DNA of 64,000 nucleotides from Nitrososphaerales archaeon (lineage in GTDB: Archaea > Thermoproteota > Nitrososphaeria > Nitrososphaerales > UBA213): positions 8,059 through 72,058 of the forward strand of contig JAWCSA010000002.1 in the NCBI GenBank assembly GCA_038868975.1, in the 5' to 3' direction. Below the pieces are notes generated by a model. That model saw only the letters and a program-made list of their open reading frames with translations, did no database searches and was not told where the DNA came from. The translations under genes and the position numbers were made by a program. Every line of letters starts with the position of its first letter. Position 1 is the stretch's first letter. Below are positions 48,456 through 58,113 of the stretch, one piece after another.

Positions 48456-50528
48456 ATGCTAGGGATAAAGAATTATATTTTAACTATATGTGAGAAGCCT
48501 GACGCGGCAAGAAAGATAGCCAGAGCGATTGGCATAGACGATTTCAAGGAAGTTTGGATCGATGGTCTACAGCTGTTTATTTCTAGGATGCAAGGAAGAA
48601 CTTTTGTTGTGTGTTACGCCCTCGGACATCTTTACACTCTTGAGGATTCTTGTGGTAACAGACATGTTTATCCTGTATTCGAAGTGAAATGGGTTCCTGT
48701 AGGAAAAAAATTCAGGATCAAAAGGATAATTGAAGTTATAACAAAGATTTCCAAGGATGCTTCCGACTATGTTAACGCATGTGATTTTGATCAAGAGGGC
48801 GAGGTTATCGGATACAATATCCTAAGGTATGCATGTGGTAACAAGCATGAAAATGCATACAGGGCAAAATTCTCTACGCTTACAGAAGAGGAACTGCGAA
48901 GTGCTTTTCTAAATATGAAGCGAGGAAGTGGAGCAGGTCTTGCCAATGCTGGCCGAGCAAGGCACAAGCTAGATTTTCTTTACGGCGTAAACCTTTCAAG
49001 GGCACTTTCGGAATCTGTGTACAGGAGCAGCAAGAGGTTCAGAAACCTGAGCATAGGAAGGGTTCAGGGACCAACGCTTTCCTTCGTTGTAGAAAGGGAG
49101 ATCGAGATCCGGACGCATATACCTATACCGTACTGGAACCTGACTGCAAAGTTTGAGAAAGATGGTCAGGCATTCAGTTGCTCGTATGAAAAGGAGAAAG
49201 TGATGAAACTTGCAGAAGCGAAAGTTATTGTTTCTGCTTGTAAAGACAAGGATGGAAAGGTTAGTGATATCATGAGGGAAAGGACAAGGCAAGAGCCTCC
49301 GGTACCATTCAACTTGGGCGATCTGCAAAGAGAAGCTTACAGGCTCTTTAGATTCAACCCAAGTTTTACACTGTCAATTGCAGAACGTCTGTACCTAGAT
49401 GCATTGATTTCTTATCCTAGGACATCAAGCCAGAAACTCAAGTCTATAGATTACAGAAAGATAATCAGGAATTTGGGAAGTATAGGTGTTTACGCTAATC
49501 TATCAGGTAACCTGTTGAAGGAAGAACTGATTCCTCATGAGGGCATTAAGGATGACCCAGCGCACCCAGCTATACATCCGACGGGAGAAGTGCCAAAACG
49601 AAAGCTGGAGAGTGCTGAATGGAGGTTATATGATCTTATAGTAAAAAGGTTCTTTGCAACTTTTGCGAAAGCAGCTATAAGAGAAAAGACTGATGCAGTT
49701 ATAGATGTTAATGGATACAAGTTCGTAGCAAAGGGAAGAACCACCATCGAGGCTGGGTGGACAGTGTATTACATGCCATATGCAGATCTCGCAGATATAA
49801 AACTGCCTTTGTTGAATGTAAATGATGCTGTTAGAAATTTGGGAATCAAAAACATAGAAAGGCAGACCCAGCCACCTCCTCGTTTCAACCAAGCAAGTTT
49901 AGTTGAGAAGATGGAGAGAGAAGAGATTGGAACGAAGGCAACGAGGGCTGAAATTGTGCGCACCTTGGTTAAGCGAGGCTACATAACCGGAGAGAGTATA
50001 GAGGCTACCGAGCTGGGTTTTGCAGTAATTGAAATCATGCAGAGGTACATGCCTGATATCATTTCAGTGCAACTCACCAGAACAATGGAGAATGAGCTTC
50101 AACACATCGAGTTGAATAGAGTTGATGATGGGAGAGTGGTTGATAATGCAATTAAATTGCTGAAAGCATCTTTGGAGAAGTTTAGAAGTAAAGAGAATGA
50201 GGTAGGAGAAGAAATGAATGATGTGATTGCAAAAACAATCTTTGCAGAAAAGAAAGTTGGTCAATGCCCGCTATGTAAAGATGGAGTACTTAGAATAATA
50301 AGGTCAAAGCAGAGCGGTAAGCGATTCGTAGGTTGCTCGAATTATGAAAAATCGTGTAGAGCTTCCATGCCGCTACCGCAGAGTGGGATTATCAGAACTA
50401 CTAGTAAGAGTTGCGAGATATGCAATTGGCCTGTAGTGCTTGTAAAAGCCAAGAGTAGACCTTTGTGGAAGATGTGTGTTAACATTCGCTGCCCAACCAA
50501 AGGCAAGAAGAGTGATCATAAAGTATGA
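48456..50528 (+). CDS. topA: Type IA DNA topoisomerase with C-terminal zinc fingers
   Basis: Toprim ICEKPDAA and CDFDQEGE, the catalytic region ISYPRTSSQ, and C-terminal CPLC...C and CEICNWP...C fingers. Confidence 0.85.
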   Translation: MLGIKNYILTICEKPDAARKIARAIGIDDFKEVWIDGLQLFISRMQGRTFVVCYALGHLYTLEDSCGNRHVYPVFEVKWVPVGKKFRIKRIIEVITKISKDASDYVNACDFDQEGEVIGYNILRYACGNKHENAYRAKFSTLTEEELRSAFLNMKRGSGAGLANAGRARHKLDFLYGVNLSRALSESVYRSSKRFRNLSIGRVQGPTLSFVVEREIEIRTHIPIPYWNLTAKFEKDGQAFSCSYEKEKVMKLAEAKVIVSACKDKDGKVSDIMRERTRQEPPVPFNLGDLQREAYRLFRFNPSFTLSIAERLYLDALISYPRTSSQKLKSIDYRKIIRNLGSIGVYANLSGNLLKEELIPHEGIKDDPAHPAIHPTGEVPKRKLESAEWRLYDLIVKRFFATFAKAAIREKTDAVIDVNGYKFVAKGRTTIEAGWTVYYMPYADLADIKLPLLNVNDAVRNLGIKNIERQTQPPPRFNQASLVEKMEREEIGTKATRAEIVRTLVKRGYITGESIEATELGFAVIEIMQRYMPDIISVQLTRTMENELQHIELNRVDDGRVVDNAIKLLKASLEKFRSKENEVGEEMNDVIAKTIFAEKKVGQCPLCKDGVLRIIRSKQSGKRFVGCSNYEKSCRASMPLPQSGIIRTTSKSCEICNWPVVLVKAKSRPLWKMCVNIRCPTKGKKSDHKV

Positions 50529-50539
50529 ACGGCGATAAA

Positions 50540-51352
50540 TTATTTTGTAAGGTATTTGGTGTAAACGTCACGCCGCCTGTTCCTTAACAATGGTAATTTT
50601 TTCCTGACATCTCTAACAAGTTTGTTATCAATCTGAACCGCTTCAAATCCCTCTTTTTCCTCCATATCGATAACAACTTTACCAAACGGATCAACAACCA
50701 TGCTATGACCAACATAGATGTTTCCTACCTGATCTGGGGCTACAACGTAACACCCATTTTCTATCGCTCTTGCTTTCAGCATTGTCTGCCAGTGCTCAAC
50801 CTTCATCTCGCCCTGAACCCACGCTGATGGTATTACCAAAATATCGGCGCCCATGAGGGCAAGCATCCTTGACATCTCTGGAAAACGTACGTCATAACAG
50901 ATCATCATGCCAACACTACCAATGTTTGTCCTTGAAGGTCTCGTTAGTTCCTTGCCCGCTGCAAGTTTCGCAGATTCCCTGAAGCCCAGAGCATCGTACA
51001 GATGCAGTTTTCTATATACAGAGGATATCTTTCCTGCTTTGTTAATCAAAAGCGCTGTGTCATAAACCCTGTTCTTTATGCTGCTCCTTTCGTATATAGT
51101 CGCAATAACGGTAATGCTATTTTTCCTTGCAGCCTCCTTTAATGTAAAAGTAAATGCCCCTTCAATAGGTTCTGCTATGCTTGCAAGTTCGTTGGCAGCC
51201 TGATCAGGAGGAGAGTAAGCCATCAAGAATTCGGGGAACGCAACCAAGTCAGCGCCACCTGATTTGGCTTTTACTATATATGAGAGTGCCGATCTAAGAT
51301 TATCTTCCTTGTGAGTTGACGCTCGCAGCTGAACAATTGCGACCTTACTCAT
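50540..51352 (-). CDS. Carbon-nitrogen hydrolase (nitrilase superfamily)
   Basis: Glu-Lys-Cys triad context: AFPEF, RKLHLYD and MMICYDVRFPE. Confidence 0.8.
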   Translation of the reverse strand: MSKVAIVQLRASTHKEDNLRSALSYIVKAKSGGADLVAFPEFLMAYSPPDQAANELASIAEPIEGAFTFTLKEAARKNSITVIATIYERSSIKNRVYDTALLINKAGKISSVYRKLHLYDALGFRESAKLAAGKELTRPSRTNIGSVGMMICYDVRFPEMSRMLALMGADILVIPSAWVQGEMKVEHWQTMLKARAIENGCYVVAPDQVGNIYVGHSMVVDPFGKVVIDMEEKEGFEAVQIDNKLVRDVRKKLPLLRNRRRDVYTKYLTK

Positions 51353-51425
51353 ACACTAACGAAAACTATATCGAGATAAAAAGCTTTGAAGAGCTAGAAA
51401 GGATTTAAAGATTGTAACATCAAGA

Positions 51426-51809
51426 TTGTCTGTGTCAGAACTTGATGAGTTATTGGCCTTCATTAGGAAGGCAGAGAACAATCTCGTTTTACTGGTATCT
51501 GACAATGAAATCGATCTAAATTCTGATAATAAGAGCAGGATCTACGCCCTTGAGGTAGATACTGCTACACGCACAGCAGGTGGTAGGAGTGGAGGTTTTG
51601 GTCAAAGGAGGTTCAGGAAAATTTATGGCTTTGATTGTCAAGATGGTACATGTAAGAAAATTTTGGAAACCCATGAAAATCTAGATCAACTCGATACTGG
51701 TTATGTTGTTAGGATACCGATAAGGTTGATTGATGGGAAGGAGGTAATGGCTTCATGTTCCATAGACTCGCAGCTCGTGCGGAAATATAATGAAAAATTT
51801 AATGTTTGA
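51426..51809 (+). CDS. Hypothetical protein (TTG/GTG start)
   Basis: 127 aa. The N-terminal helix ELLAFIRKAENNLVLL resembles the N-terminus of the next ORF. Confidence 0.4.
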   Translation: MSVSELDELLAFIRKAENNLVLLVSDNEIDLNSDNKSRIYALEVDTATRTAGGRSGGFGQRRFRKIYGFDCQDGTCKKILETHENLDQLDTGYVVRIPIRLIDGKEVMASCSIDSQLVRKYNEKFNV

Positions 51810-51821
51810 TTGAGGAGCAAG

Positions 51822-52121
51822 ATGGATGAAAATTTAATGCGTAAAGAAATAGAGAGTTTGTTGAATAATGCAGAGAACTATTTGGTGCTTGCTAAATTTA
51901 AGAAGCGTAAGGATGTTAAAAACTTTGAGGGAATACTTGCTTTGGAATATGCAATTAAGGCTAAAGAAAAGTGCAAAACTCTTAGACATGATGAAGAATT
52001 TTATGAAAGTATAACCAAGAGAATTGAAATTATATTTGATGAACTCAATAAACTCCCTCTTTCCACAGGAGAAAAAAGTCATGAAACCAAGTATGAGGAA
52101 GGAGATGTTGCGGGTGGTTGA
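51822..52121 (+). CDS. Hypothetical helical protein
   Basis: About 99 aa with IESLLNNAENYLVLAKF at the N-terminus. Immediately follows the previous ORF. Confidence 0.4.
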   Translation: MDENLMRKEIESLLNNAENYLVLAKFKKRKDVKNFEGILALEYAIKAKEKCKTLRHDEEFYESITKRIEIIFDELNKLPLSTGEKSHETKYEEGDVAGG

Positions 52122-52128
52122 TGAAAGG

Positions 52129-52437
52129 TTATTTTGATAACTGGATCGCATGTGCATAACCCTCCTTGATCCATTTTAGAACATTACCATCCTTAACGGA
52201 TTTTGTATTGATTTCTATCCATCCTGCCTTTGCCCCATGACTGAACGGTTTGATTCCTTCATTCGTTAATGCCCGTTGTTCTACCGCCTTAAGTCTAACT
52301 ATCATTTTTTCTTTGTTCTTTTTGTCAAAACCAGCGAAGAATCTTCCGTTAACGGAGAAGCATTCGTAACCAAACATCGGTCTTGTAGTTACATGAGGAA
52401 ACTGTTCTATAGCATTCTTAATTATTTTGTATCCCAT
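52129..52437 (-). CDS. TfoX N-terminal-domain-like small protein
   Basis: TTRPMFGYECFSVNGRFFAGFDKKNKEKMIVRL resembles the TfoX_N pattern (MFGG..f..G.mFa). Confidence 0.4.
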   Translation of the reverse strand: MGYKIIKNAIEQFPHVTTRPMFGYECFSVNGRFFAGFDKKNKEKMIVRLKAVEQRALTNEGIKPFSHGAKAGWIEINTKSVKDGNVLKWIKEGYAHAIQLSK

Positions 52438-52895
52438 AGATCCTCAGTTTTGTACCGTACTTATCACTATACTTACTATTACAAATCGAACGAATCAGAG
52501 TAGCAATTCATATGCAAGTAAGATCAAGGGCTGCGGAACAATCCATACCGAGTAAACAGTTCGAAAAAAGCCTATCAACGACCATGTTATGACTCCAAAG
52601 GAAAAGTAATTTATTATTTTATCTCTTCCTTATATTGCATCGTACAAAGTAAAGATTGTAGTATAGATTCCGTGTTGTAATTATTACCCTTGGAGTTAAA
52701 GATGAAGGAAGGTTCTGGTTGAAGCGTATTTCATACACAGACCAGTTTAGCTCTCTGCCCTATATTTTCGCCGAAGGTCACCTTTTGTGATAGAGGGTTC
52801 ATAAAGTGTGTAAAAAGCAAGAATGAGTTCAAGACAGCACTAGTGGCACAGCGATAGCAAGTCTCCTTCAGTTTACCAAAAATAAAGGTTGGTGG

Positions 52896-53213
52896 CTAGT
52901 CAAGACCCATCAATCTACACTTTTCAAGTACGTCCTTGAAAGTGATTAGAGGAACTATCTTGACCGCGTTGAATTTGGCTAAACCACCATCTATGCAGAA
53001 CTTTTCTACCAAATGCGGATCGTCTGCGTCTACAACCCATAGAAATGTGTGTTCTAGAGCTGAATGGTACTGTCCTAGTATCTTGTTTATGCTGTACTTC
53101 TTCCCATATGCCTCCAACTCCGGAGGTGCTTCCAAAACCGCTCTCCTACTGTTCATGTTATTCAAGGGGCAAGACTCTGTAGTATGACTACCCCATATTC
53201 CATACAAGGACAT
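52896..53213 (-). CDS. Hypothetical protein
   Basis: 105-aa ORF with coding-like composition. Possibly DUF3303-like, but I am not confident. Confidence 0.35.
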   Translation of the reverse strand: MSLYGIWGSHTTESCPLNNMNSRRAVLEAPPELEAYGKKYSINKILGQYHSALEHTFLWVVDADDPHLVEKFCIDGGLAKFNAVKIVPLITFKDVLEKCRLMGLD

Positions 53214-53565
53214 GACATTTGTTCTAAACTGAAAGGATAAATAATCTTTCTGATTAGCAGATTAATACGAAGGTACTACTACCCACTGTATTACCGGGAT
53301 ACGAGTCAAAATGGTACGTTGAGCATCTACCATTACGGGTAACTGATGAAACAAGTATATGCAAGGTTTTGGTACCCTCTAGCAAGATTTGCAATATCAC
53401 AGACAAGTTCAACTTCTGGACCTGATTGACGTACAGCATCTGCTTATGCAATTAACAAATCGTTGGTTAAAGGACTGCGTGAAGGTCATAAAGCTCCATG
53501 GGAAGTTATGAAGTATTCCGGTAAGACGGTTGTCTGAACATTAGTTGCTTATTGAAATAAAAAAA

Positions 53566-53745
53566 TTAGGATAGTCTATTGCCTGCAACGTACCAGTTCT
53601 CTTTTGGTGTATCCTGATATACCACTATAACATGCTCCCTTTTGGAACCTAGAACTTTCTCCACGGTGTCTGTGATCGCTTTAGCCAGCTCCTCTTTCTT
53701 CTCTGGAGTCCTCCCAGGCCACAAAGATATTGTTACTAGAGGCAT
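53566..53745 (-). CDS. 4-oxalocrotonate tautomerase family protein
   Basis: 59 aa, just under the ORF-track cut-off. MPLVTISLWPGRTPEKKEELAKAITDTVEKVLGSKREHVIVVYQDTPKENWYVAG has the catalytic Pro-1 architecture. Confidence 0.65.
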   Translation of the reverse strand: MPLVTISLWPGRTPEKKEELAKAITDTVEKVLGSKREHVIVVYQDTPKENWYVAGNRLS

Positions 53746-53795
53746 GGTTTTGCGAGCACAATATCATATTTAAATGATGGAATGTAAGGTAAGCC

Positions 53796-54791
53796 GTGTT
53801 CCCGCTATACGACGAGAACCCTAGGACGACAAAACCTTATGTAAATTACTCACTCTTAGCTGTGAACTTTGCGGTATTCATATGGGAAGTTATAGTGACT
53901 GGGTTCTTCACAAACGAGCAAGCTATGGCACGGATATTTGTTGATCATGGTTTTGTTCCAGCAAGATTTCTTGAAAGTCCATTTGGTATTGCATCAATGA
54001 CATCTTTACTAAGCTCGATGTTCATGCATGGCGGCATAATGCACATACTTGGAAACATGCTGTTCCTCTGGATATTTGGAGATAACATAGAGGATAGGTT
54101 TGGACATGGTAGGTACCTGATAATATACCTCTTCTGGGGCTTTGTTGCAAGCATGGCTCACCTTGCATGGGCCATTGGTGTAGGTGGAAATCAGCTGCTG
54201 ATACCAGCAGTTGGAGCTTCTGGTGCGATATCTGGTGTGCTTGGTGCATATCTTTTGATGTTTCCAAGGGCAAAGATAGTTACGCTTATGTTCTTCTTTT
54301 TTATAACTACAACAAGGATACCGGCGTTTGCATACCTGATACTGTGGTTTGTCTTCCAAGTCTTTTCAGCGTCGTTTGGAGCTGGAGGTGGCGTAGCGTA
54401 TTTGGCACATATAGGAGGGTTTGCCATAGGAGCTGTCTTTGGGGCTGGATACAAATCATTGGCAAAGATGCGCTTGAAACTTGCTTATGTGCCAACAAGG
54501 AGGGAGGAGAAAGTAACAGAGCCAAGGGAAATTTCGCAGACACTTAGACCTTTGCGCATGGAAGGCATTACAACAAATCAGTATGTGGAAATATTGGTAG
54601 AAATGCCTGGTGTCAATGAGAGAGATATTGCTCTTACAGTTGTGGATAATACCCTGTTCATCGATGCTGTCACGGAAGATGGTTATAGAAGGTATAAAGG
54701 GAAGGCAATTTTGAGGGCAAAAGTGAAACCTCAGCCGGAGTTTATGCACTATCTGAATGGAATACTGCGCGTAAGACTGCAACGTATTTAG
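53796..54791 (+). CDS. Rhomboid intramembrane serine protease fused to a C-terminal alpha-crystallin/Hsp20-like domain
   Basis: Rhomboid blocks: HGGIMHILGNMLFLWIFG, GASGAISGVLGAY and AHIGGF. The C-terminal ~85 aa read YVEILVEMPGVNERDIALTVVDNTLFIDA....MHYLNGILRVRL, which resembles an alpha-crystallin domain. Confidence 0.7.
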   Translation: MFPLYDENPRTTKPYVNYSLLAVNFAVFIWEVIVTGFFTNEQAMARIFVDHGFVPARFLESPFGIASMTSLLSSMFMHGGIMHILGNMLFLWIFGDNIEDRFGHGRYLIIYLFWGFVASMAHLAWAIGVGGNQLLIPAVGASGAISGVLGAYLLMFPRAKIVTLMFFFFITTTRIPAFAYLILWFVFQVFSASFGAGGGVAYLAHIGGFAIGAVFGAGYKSLAKMRLKLAYVPTRREEKVTEPREISQTLRPLRMEGITTNQYVEILVEMPGVNERDIALTVVDNTLFIDAVTEDGYRRYKGKAILRAKVKPQPEFMHYLNGILRVRLQRI

Positions 54792-54867
54792 TGTGTTATC
54801 AAGGCATGTAGATGAAAGGATAGCGAACAGTTATATTCTATGAGAGTGTCGCTGCACTGATGTTCTA

Positions 54868-55173
54868 ATGGGCAAAAGAAAGGTGCTTAGTGAATCCGAG
54901 CTGAAGGAACTTGTATTGCCACAGCAAGGTGAGCTTCTGGGCAGAGTTGTAAAGCTGCCGGGAGGAGATCATGTGCTAGTCAAGTGCACTGATGGTAAGG
55001 TAAGGATATGCAGGATAAGAGGGAAGATGAAACGAAGGATGTGGGTCAGAGAAAATGATGTAGTCCTGGTAGTGCCTTGGGAGTTTCAGGATGACAAGGC
55101 TGACATTGTATGGAGATACATTGGTGCCCATGCGGAGTGGCTTGAAAAGAATAACTACATCCAAAGAGAGTAG
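54868..55173 (+). CDS. eif1a: Translation initiation factor aIF-1A
   Basis: S1-like OB block GRVVKLPGGDHVLVKCTDGKVRICRIRGKMKRRMWVRENDVVLV. Confidence 0.8.
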   Translation: MGKRKVLSESELKELVLPQQGELLGRVVKLPGGDHVLVKCTDGKVRICRIRGKMKRRMWVRENDVVLVVPWEFQDDKADIVWRYIGAHAEWLEKNNYIQRE

Positions 55174-55288
55174 TTTGTGTTATGCCCATGGTAATTGTAG
55201 AGTAGCATACATGTGCTATTCATCAGGACATTTTTCATAGGAGGAGAAATTGCCATTTTGTTCATACAGCACCATACTGGTGTATTAA

Positions 55289-55390
55289 TGCGGGGGGTGG
55301 GATTTGAACCCACGAACCCCTAAAGGACAGGGTCCTAAGCTTCGCACTCATAAGAGACCTGCGCCGTTGGCCAGGCTTGGCAACCCCCGC
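55289..55390 (-). tRNA. tRNA-Leu (anticodon UAG inferred) with a ~17-nt intron at a non-canonical position
   Basis: Hand fold of the reverse complement gives acceptor GCGGGGG/CCCCCGC, T arm GTGGG-TTCAAAT-CCCAC, a long variable arm and discriminator A. The anticodon loop CTTAGGA is obtained only if TCTCTTATGAGTGCGAA is removed from the 5' strand of the anticodon stem. No CCA is encoded. Confidence 0.7.
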
Positions 55391-55435
55391 ACAGCAAGTT
55401 GCAATATGAACACGAATTTATCTATTCTTAATTAT

Positions 55436-56977
55436 TCAGCCCAGCAATTGCAGGATCTTCTTTGGCATTTCGTTCAGGTTGCTTATAGCAATACTCTTGT
55501 TGTATCCGAGCGATTTTAACTTCATTGCTATACTCACAGCTTCACGTATGTCCTTGCCGATCCCTATCGATACCATGCTGATATCTTCAATCCTGAATCC
55601 CTGCACTATACTTCTAACAGCCTCAGGATCACTCGGCTCGCCATCGGTAAGTGTAAGGAATATCTCTGGCTTGAGACGCTCCACCAATGGTCTTATACGT
55701 TCATACACCTCAGACAATGGAGTGCCACCAGTAGCAGCTATCTGTGCCAATCTAATTGTTGACATGTTGCTCCACCGTGCTTCAGGGGGCTTTACCACCC
55801 AGCACTTCACCCTGTTCTGTTGTGTATTGAATGCAAAAACGGAAAACTTTACACCCAAGTAGTCAAGCGCTTTACATAGAGCCACTGTAGCGCGTTTGTA
55901 TTCCTGCTCCATATGTGATATGCTGCTCGAATGATCCAGCAGTATGACAATATTAGCCTTGTACGTTATCTTTATGTCAGTGAAGAACGGCTCGTGATGC
56001 TTTTCTATGTAACTCTCCTCATCGAACTCGTCTCCACTGCTGTGATGCCTCTCTATCCAGCCAACCTTCCAATTCCTAAACTCGGCCTTCAGTTTGTTTA
56101 TCAGATCTTCGTTGTAAAGTGACGAAACGTCTATATCCATCCTTTCTGGCACCGACAGATCTACCTGCTGCAGAAGCTGGTCAGAGTTCTTAACAACCCT
56201 ATAGCTTTCTTTGGCAAGCTCTTCAAACTCCTTTTTAACATCATCGCCAGCTAGTGTTTTCTTTAGCACATCTTTCACATTTTCCTTCTTCATTACCCGC
56301 AGGATCTTTTCTATCATATCCCCAAGCATATCGTCCTCATAGGCCAGCCCCGCTTTCGACAGAATTGGTATGTGCAGCAATGCATCCGTTTCCAGCATCT
56401 TCAGCAGTTTTGGTACGTGTTTCTCAAGCCAGTCCGTGCTATGCCTCTCTGTAATAGCCTGCTCTACAATGCTGTTTGCGTAGTCAGCGGCTTTCTGAAC
56501 TATTGATAGTAAGTGTTCGCTAGGGTCGCCATTTATCCATCCTCCACGGAAGTATTGAGCAAAAGCTATGAACTTTCTATAGCTGCCCCAGAAGAAATCG
56601 TCTATGGAGGGCTCATACAGCCTTACCATACCCTCATTGAAGATCATCTCGCTGTTCATGCCAGGCCAGTCTTTCAAACCCAGCAACTGCACCCTTTTCT
56701 CTTCCAAGCAGTTCAGCAGAAAACCATGTGCATAGTCTACGCTTAGTGATCTGTTTGAATATTTTATCTTCATTGCCTGCTTCCAGCAATTTGCCCTCCA
56801 CTGCCTGTACTTTACAAAATCGGAGCCGGCAAAGTATGACAGGGGAGGTAAAGAAATGATTTTCTTATAGATATTAACGGTCGGAGGTCTGTCTGCAATT
56901 ATTACCTGCACCCCCCTATTTCCTGACCATCTCCTTGCAAGAAAGGTTCCTATGTCAAGTAATACTTCGTTATGCAT
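55436..56977 (-). CDS. VWA-domain protein (CbbO/NorD/CobT-like partner of the adjacent AAA+ ATPase)
   Basis: C-terminal VWA with MIDAS LLDHSSSIS, plus ATGGTP and LTDGEPSD. Confidence 0.75.
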   Translation of the reverse strand: MHNEVLLDIGTFLARRWSGNRGVQVIIADRPPTVNIYKKIISLPPLSYFAGSDFVKYRQWRANCWKQAMKIKYSNRSLSVDYAHGFLLNCLEEKRVQLLGLKDWPGMNSEMIFNEGMVRLYEPSIDDFFWGSYRKFIAFAQYFRGGWINGDPSEHLLSIVQKAADYANSIVEQAITERHSTDWLEKHVPKLLKMLETDALLHIPILSKAGLAYEDDMLGDMIEKILRVMKKENVKDVLKKTLAGDDVKKEFEELAKESYRVVKNSDQLLQQVDLSVPERMDIDVSSLYNEDLINKLKAEFRNWKVGWIERHHSSGDEFDEESYIEKHHEPFFTDIKITYKANIVILLDHSSSISHMEQEYKRATVALCKALDYLGVKFSVFAFNTQQNRVKCWVVKPPEARWSNMSTIRLAQIAATGGTPLSEVYERIRPLVERLKPEIFLTLTDGEPSDPEAVRSIVQGFRIEDISMVSIGIGKDIREAVSIAMKLKSLGYNKSIAISNLNEMPKKILQLLG

Positions 56978-56979
56978 AC

Positions 56980-57807
56980 CTACTCAAAGATAGAATCTAT
57001 AAGATCAACGACCTTCCTATACTCGCTCTCTCCCCATTGGGTATAAACATTTGCGAAAACAAGCTTTGCAATATCTTTTGCTTTGGTGCTATCGTTAAGC
57101 AATTTGGCAAAGGCAATGGTCTCCCTTATGCTCGGACTATAGTACAGCTCTTCCACAGTAGCTGCCTCCCTCAAACTATTTGCAAGTCTAATTGCTCTCC
57201 TTACATGATCCTCTTTCCCATCTATCAATACATGTGTCTTGACAATTTCCAGTTCGATATCATCTGGAGGATAATCAAGTTTAATTCTAACAGGAAACCT
57301 GCTTGTCAACTGCTGGGGTAATTCCTTCGTTCCAGCATGTGTCAATGGATTTATTGTGCCTACGACAAACCAGTCCTTATGTGCATGAACCACCTGCCCC
57401 TCTGCCTCCTTCAACACTATCTGTCTCCTATCATCAAGTGCTTCGTCAAGTCTTAAAAGCACGTCGGGTTCTGCGGCATTCAACTCATCAAGGTAAAGCA
57501 AGCCACCATTCCTCATTGATTTGACCAACACGCCTTCAACAAAATCAACATTGCCGCTTTCCAGAGTTTTGGTTCCTACCAGATGGCTCTCCCTAGTACG
57601 CAAGCTTAGGTTAATGCTGAACAGTTCCCTGTCTATCATATCCGCAAACTTGCGCACCAGTGTTGTTTTACCTGTACCCTTTGGCCCTATGATAAGCACG
57701 AACAATTTTGCGTTGTAAGCGTTCCTTAGAACTTCAAGGGAGTTGTTCCAGTCAAGGTACCTTACTATGCTTGCGGAAGACATAAGTATCCTATAACAAA
57801 GACGCAT
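56980..57807 (-). CDS. MoxR-class AAA+ ATPase (CbbQ/NirQ/NorQ/GvpN-like)
   Basis: Walker A GPKGTGKTT and Walker B LLYLDELN, at the ~270-aa size typical of the CbbQ/NorQ family. Ends 2 bp upstream of the VWA gene. Confidence 0.75.
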   Translation of the reverse strand: MRLCYRILMSSASIVRYLDWNNSLEVLRNAYNAKLFVLIIGPKGTGKTTLVRKFADMIDRELFSINLSLRTRESHLVGTKTLESGNVDFVEGVLVKSMRNGGLLYLDELNAAEPDVLLRLDEALDDRRQIVLKEAEGQVVHAHKDWFVVGTINPLTHAGTKELPQQLTSRFPVRIKLDYPPDDIELEIVKTHVLIDGKEDHVRRAIRLANSLREAATVEELYYSPSIRETIAFAKLLNDSTKAKDIAKLVFANVYTQWGESEYRKVVDLIDSIFE

Positions 57808-58113
57808 ATTTGTGTAGCTGGTTCAGAAGTTTCCAGAACCAATGCATTTCTCATGCCTTTGTCCATATGCTACGTCTGGTCCTCCCACTGCTTGGAGGAT
57901 AGTGGCATATAAAGAGGGTTTGATAATGTATGGCATTTCTTGGCATTTGACAAGAACATCTGTATAAGAATGCCCTTATAATACGCTTGTTCTAGATAGA
58001 TTTCGATGCATCACTTCTTCAAGTAGACTATATCCCTCTTGTTGATCACAGGCGTTCATGCTTTGATATTTATGGCACACAATTCTTTAATTGCCTTTCA
58101 TAGAAGCGTTTAG

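Noticed and set aside
53214-53565. Protein-like open stretches on the minus strand in two frames (..AVRQSGPEVELVCDIANLARGYQNLAYTCFISYP / VMVDAQRTILTRIPVIQWVVVPSY) and the 65-aa track ORF 53254..53451.
   Set aside because: There is no start codon, no recognisable motif, and the frames are broken. It may be a gene remnant, but the evidence is too weak to annotate.
55304-55519. 71-aa plus-strand ORF.
   Set aside because: It overlaps the tRNA-Leu gene and the 3' end of the VWA gene. It is Pro/Arg-rich and looks like an artefact.
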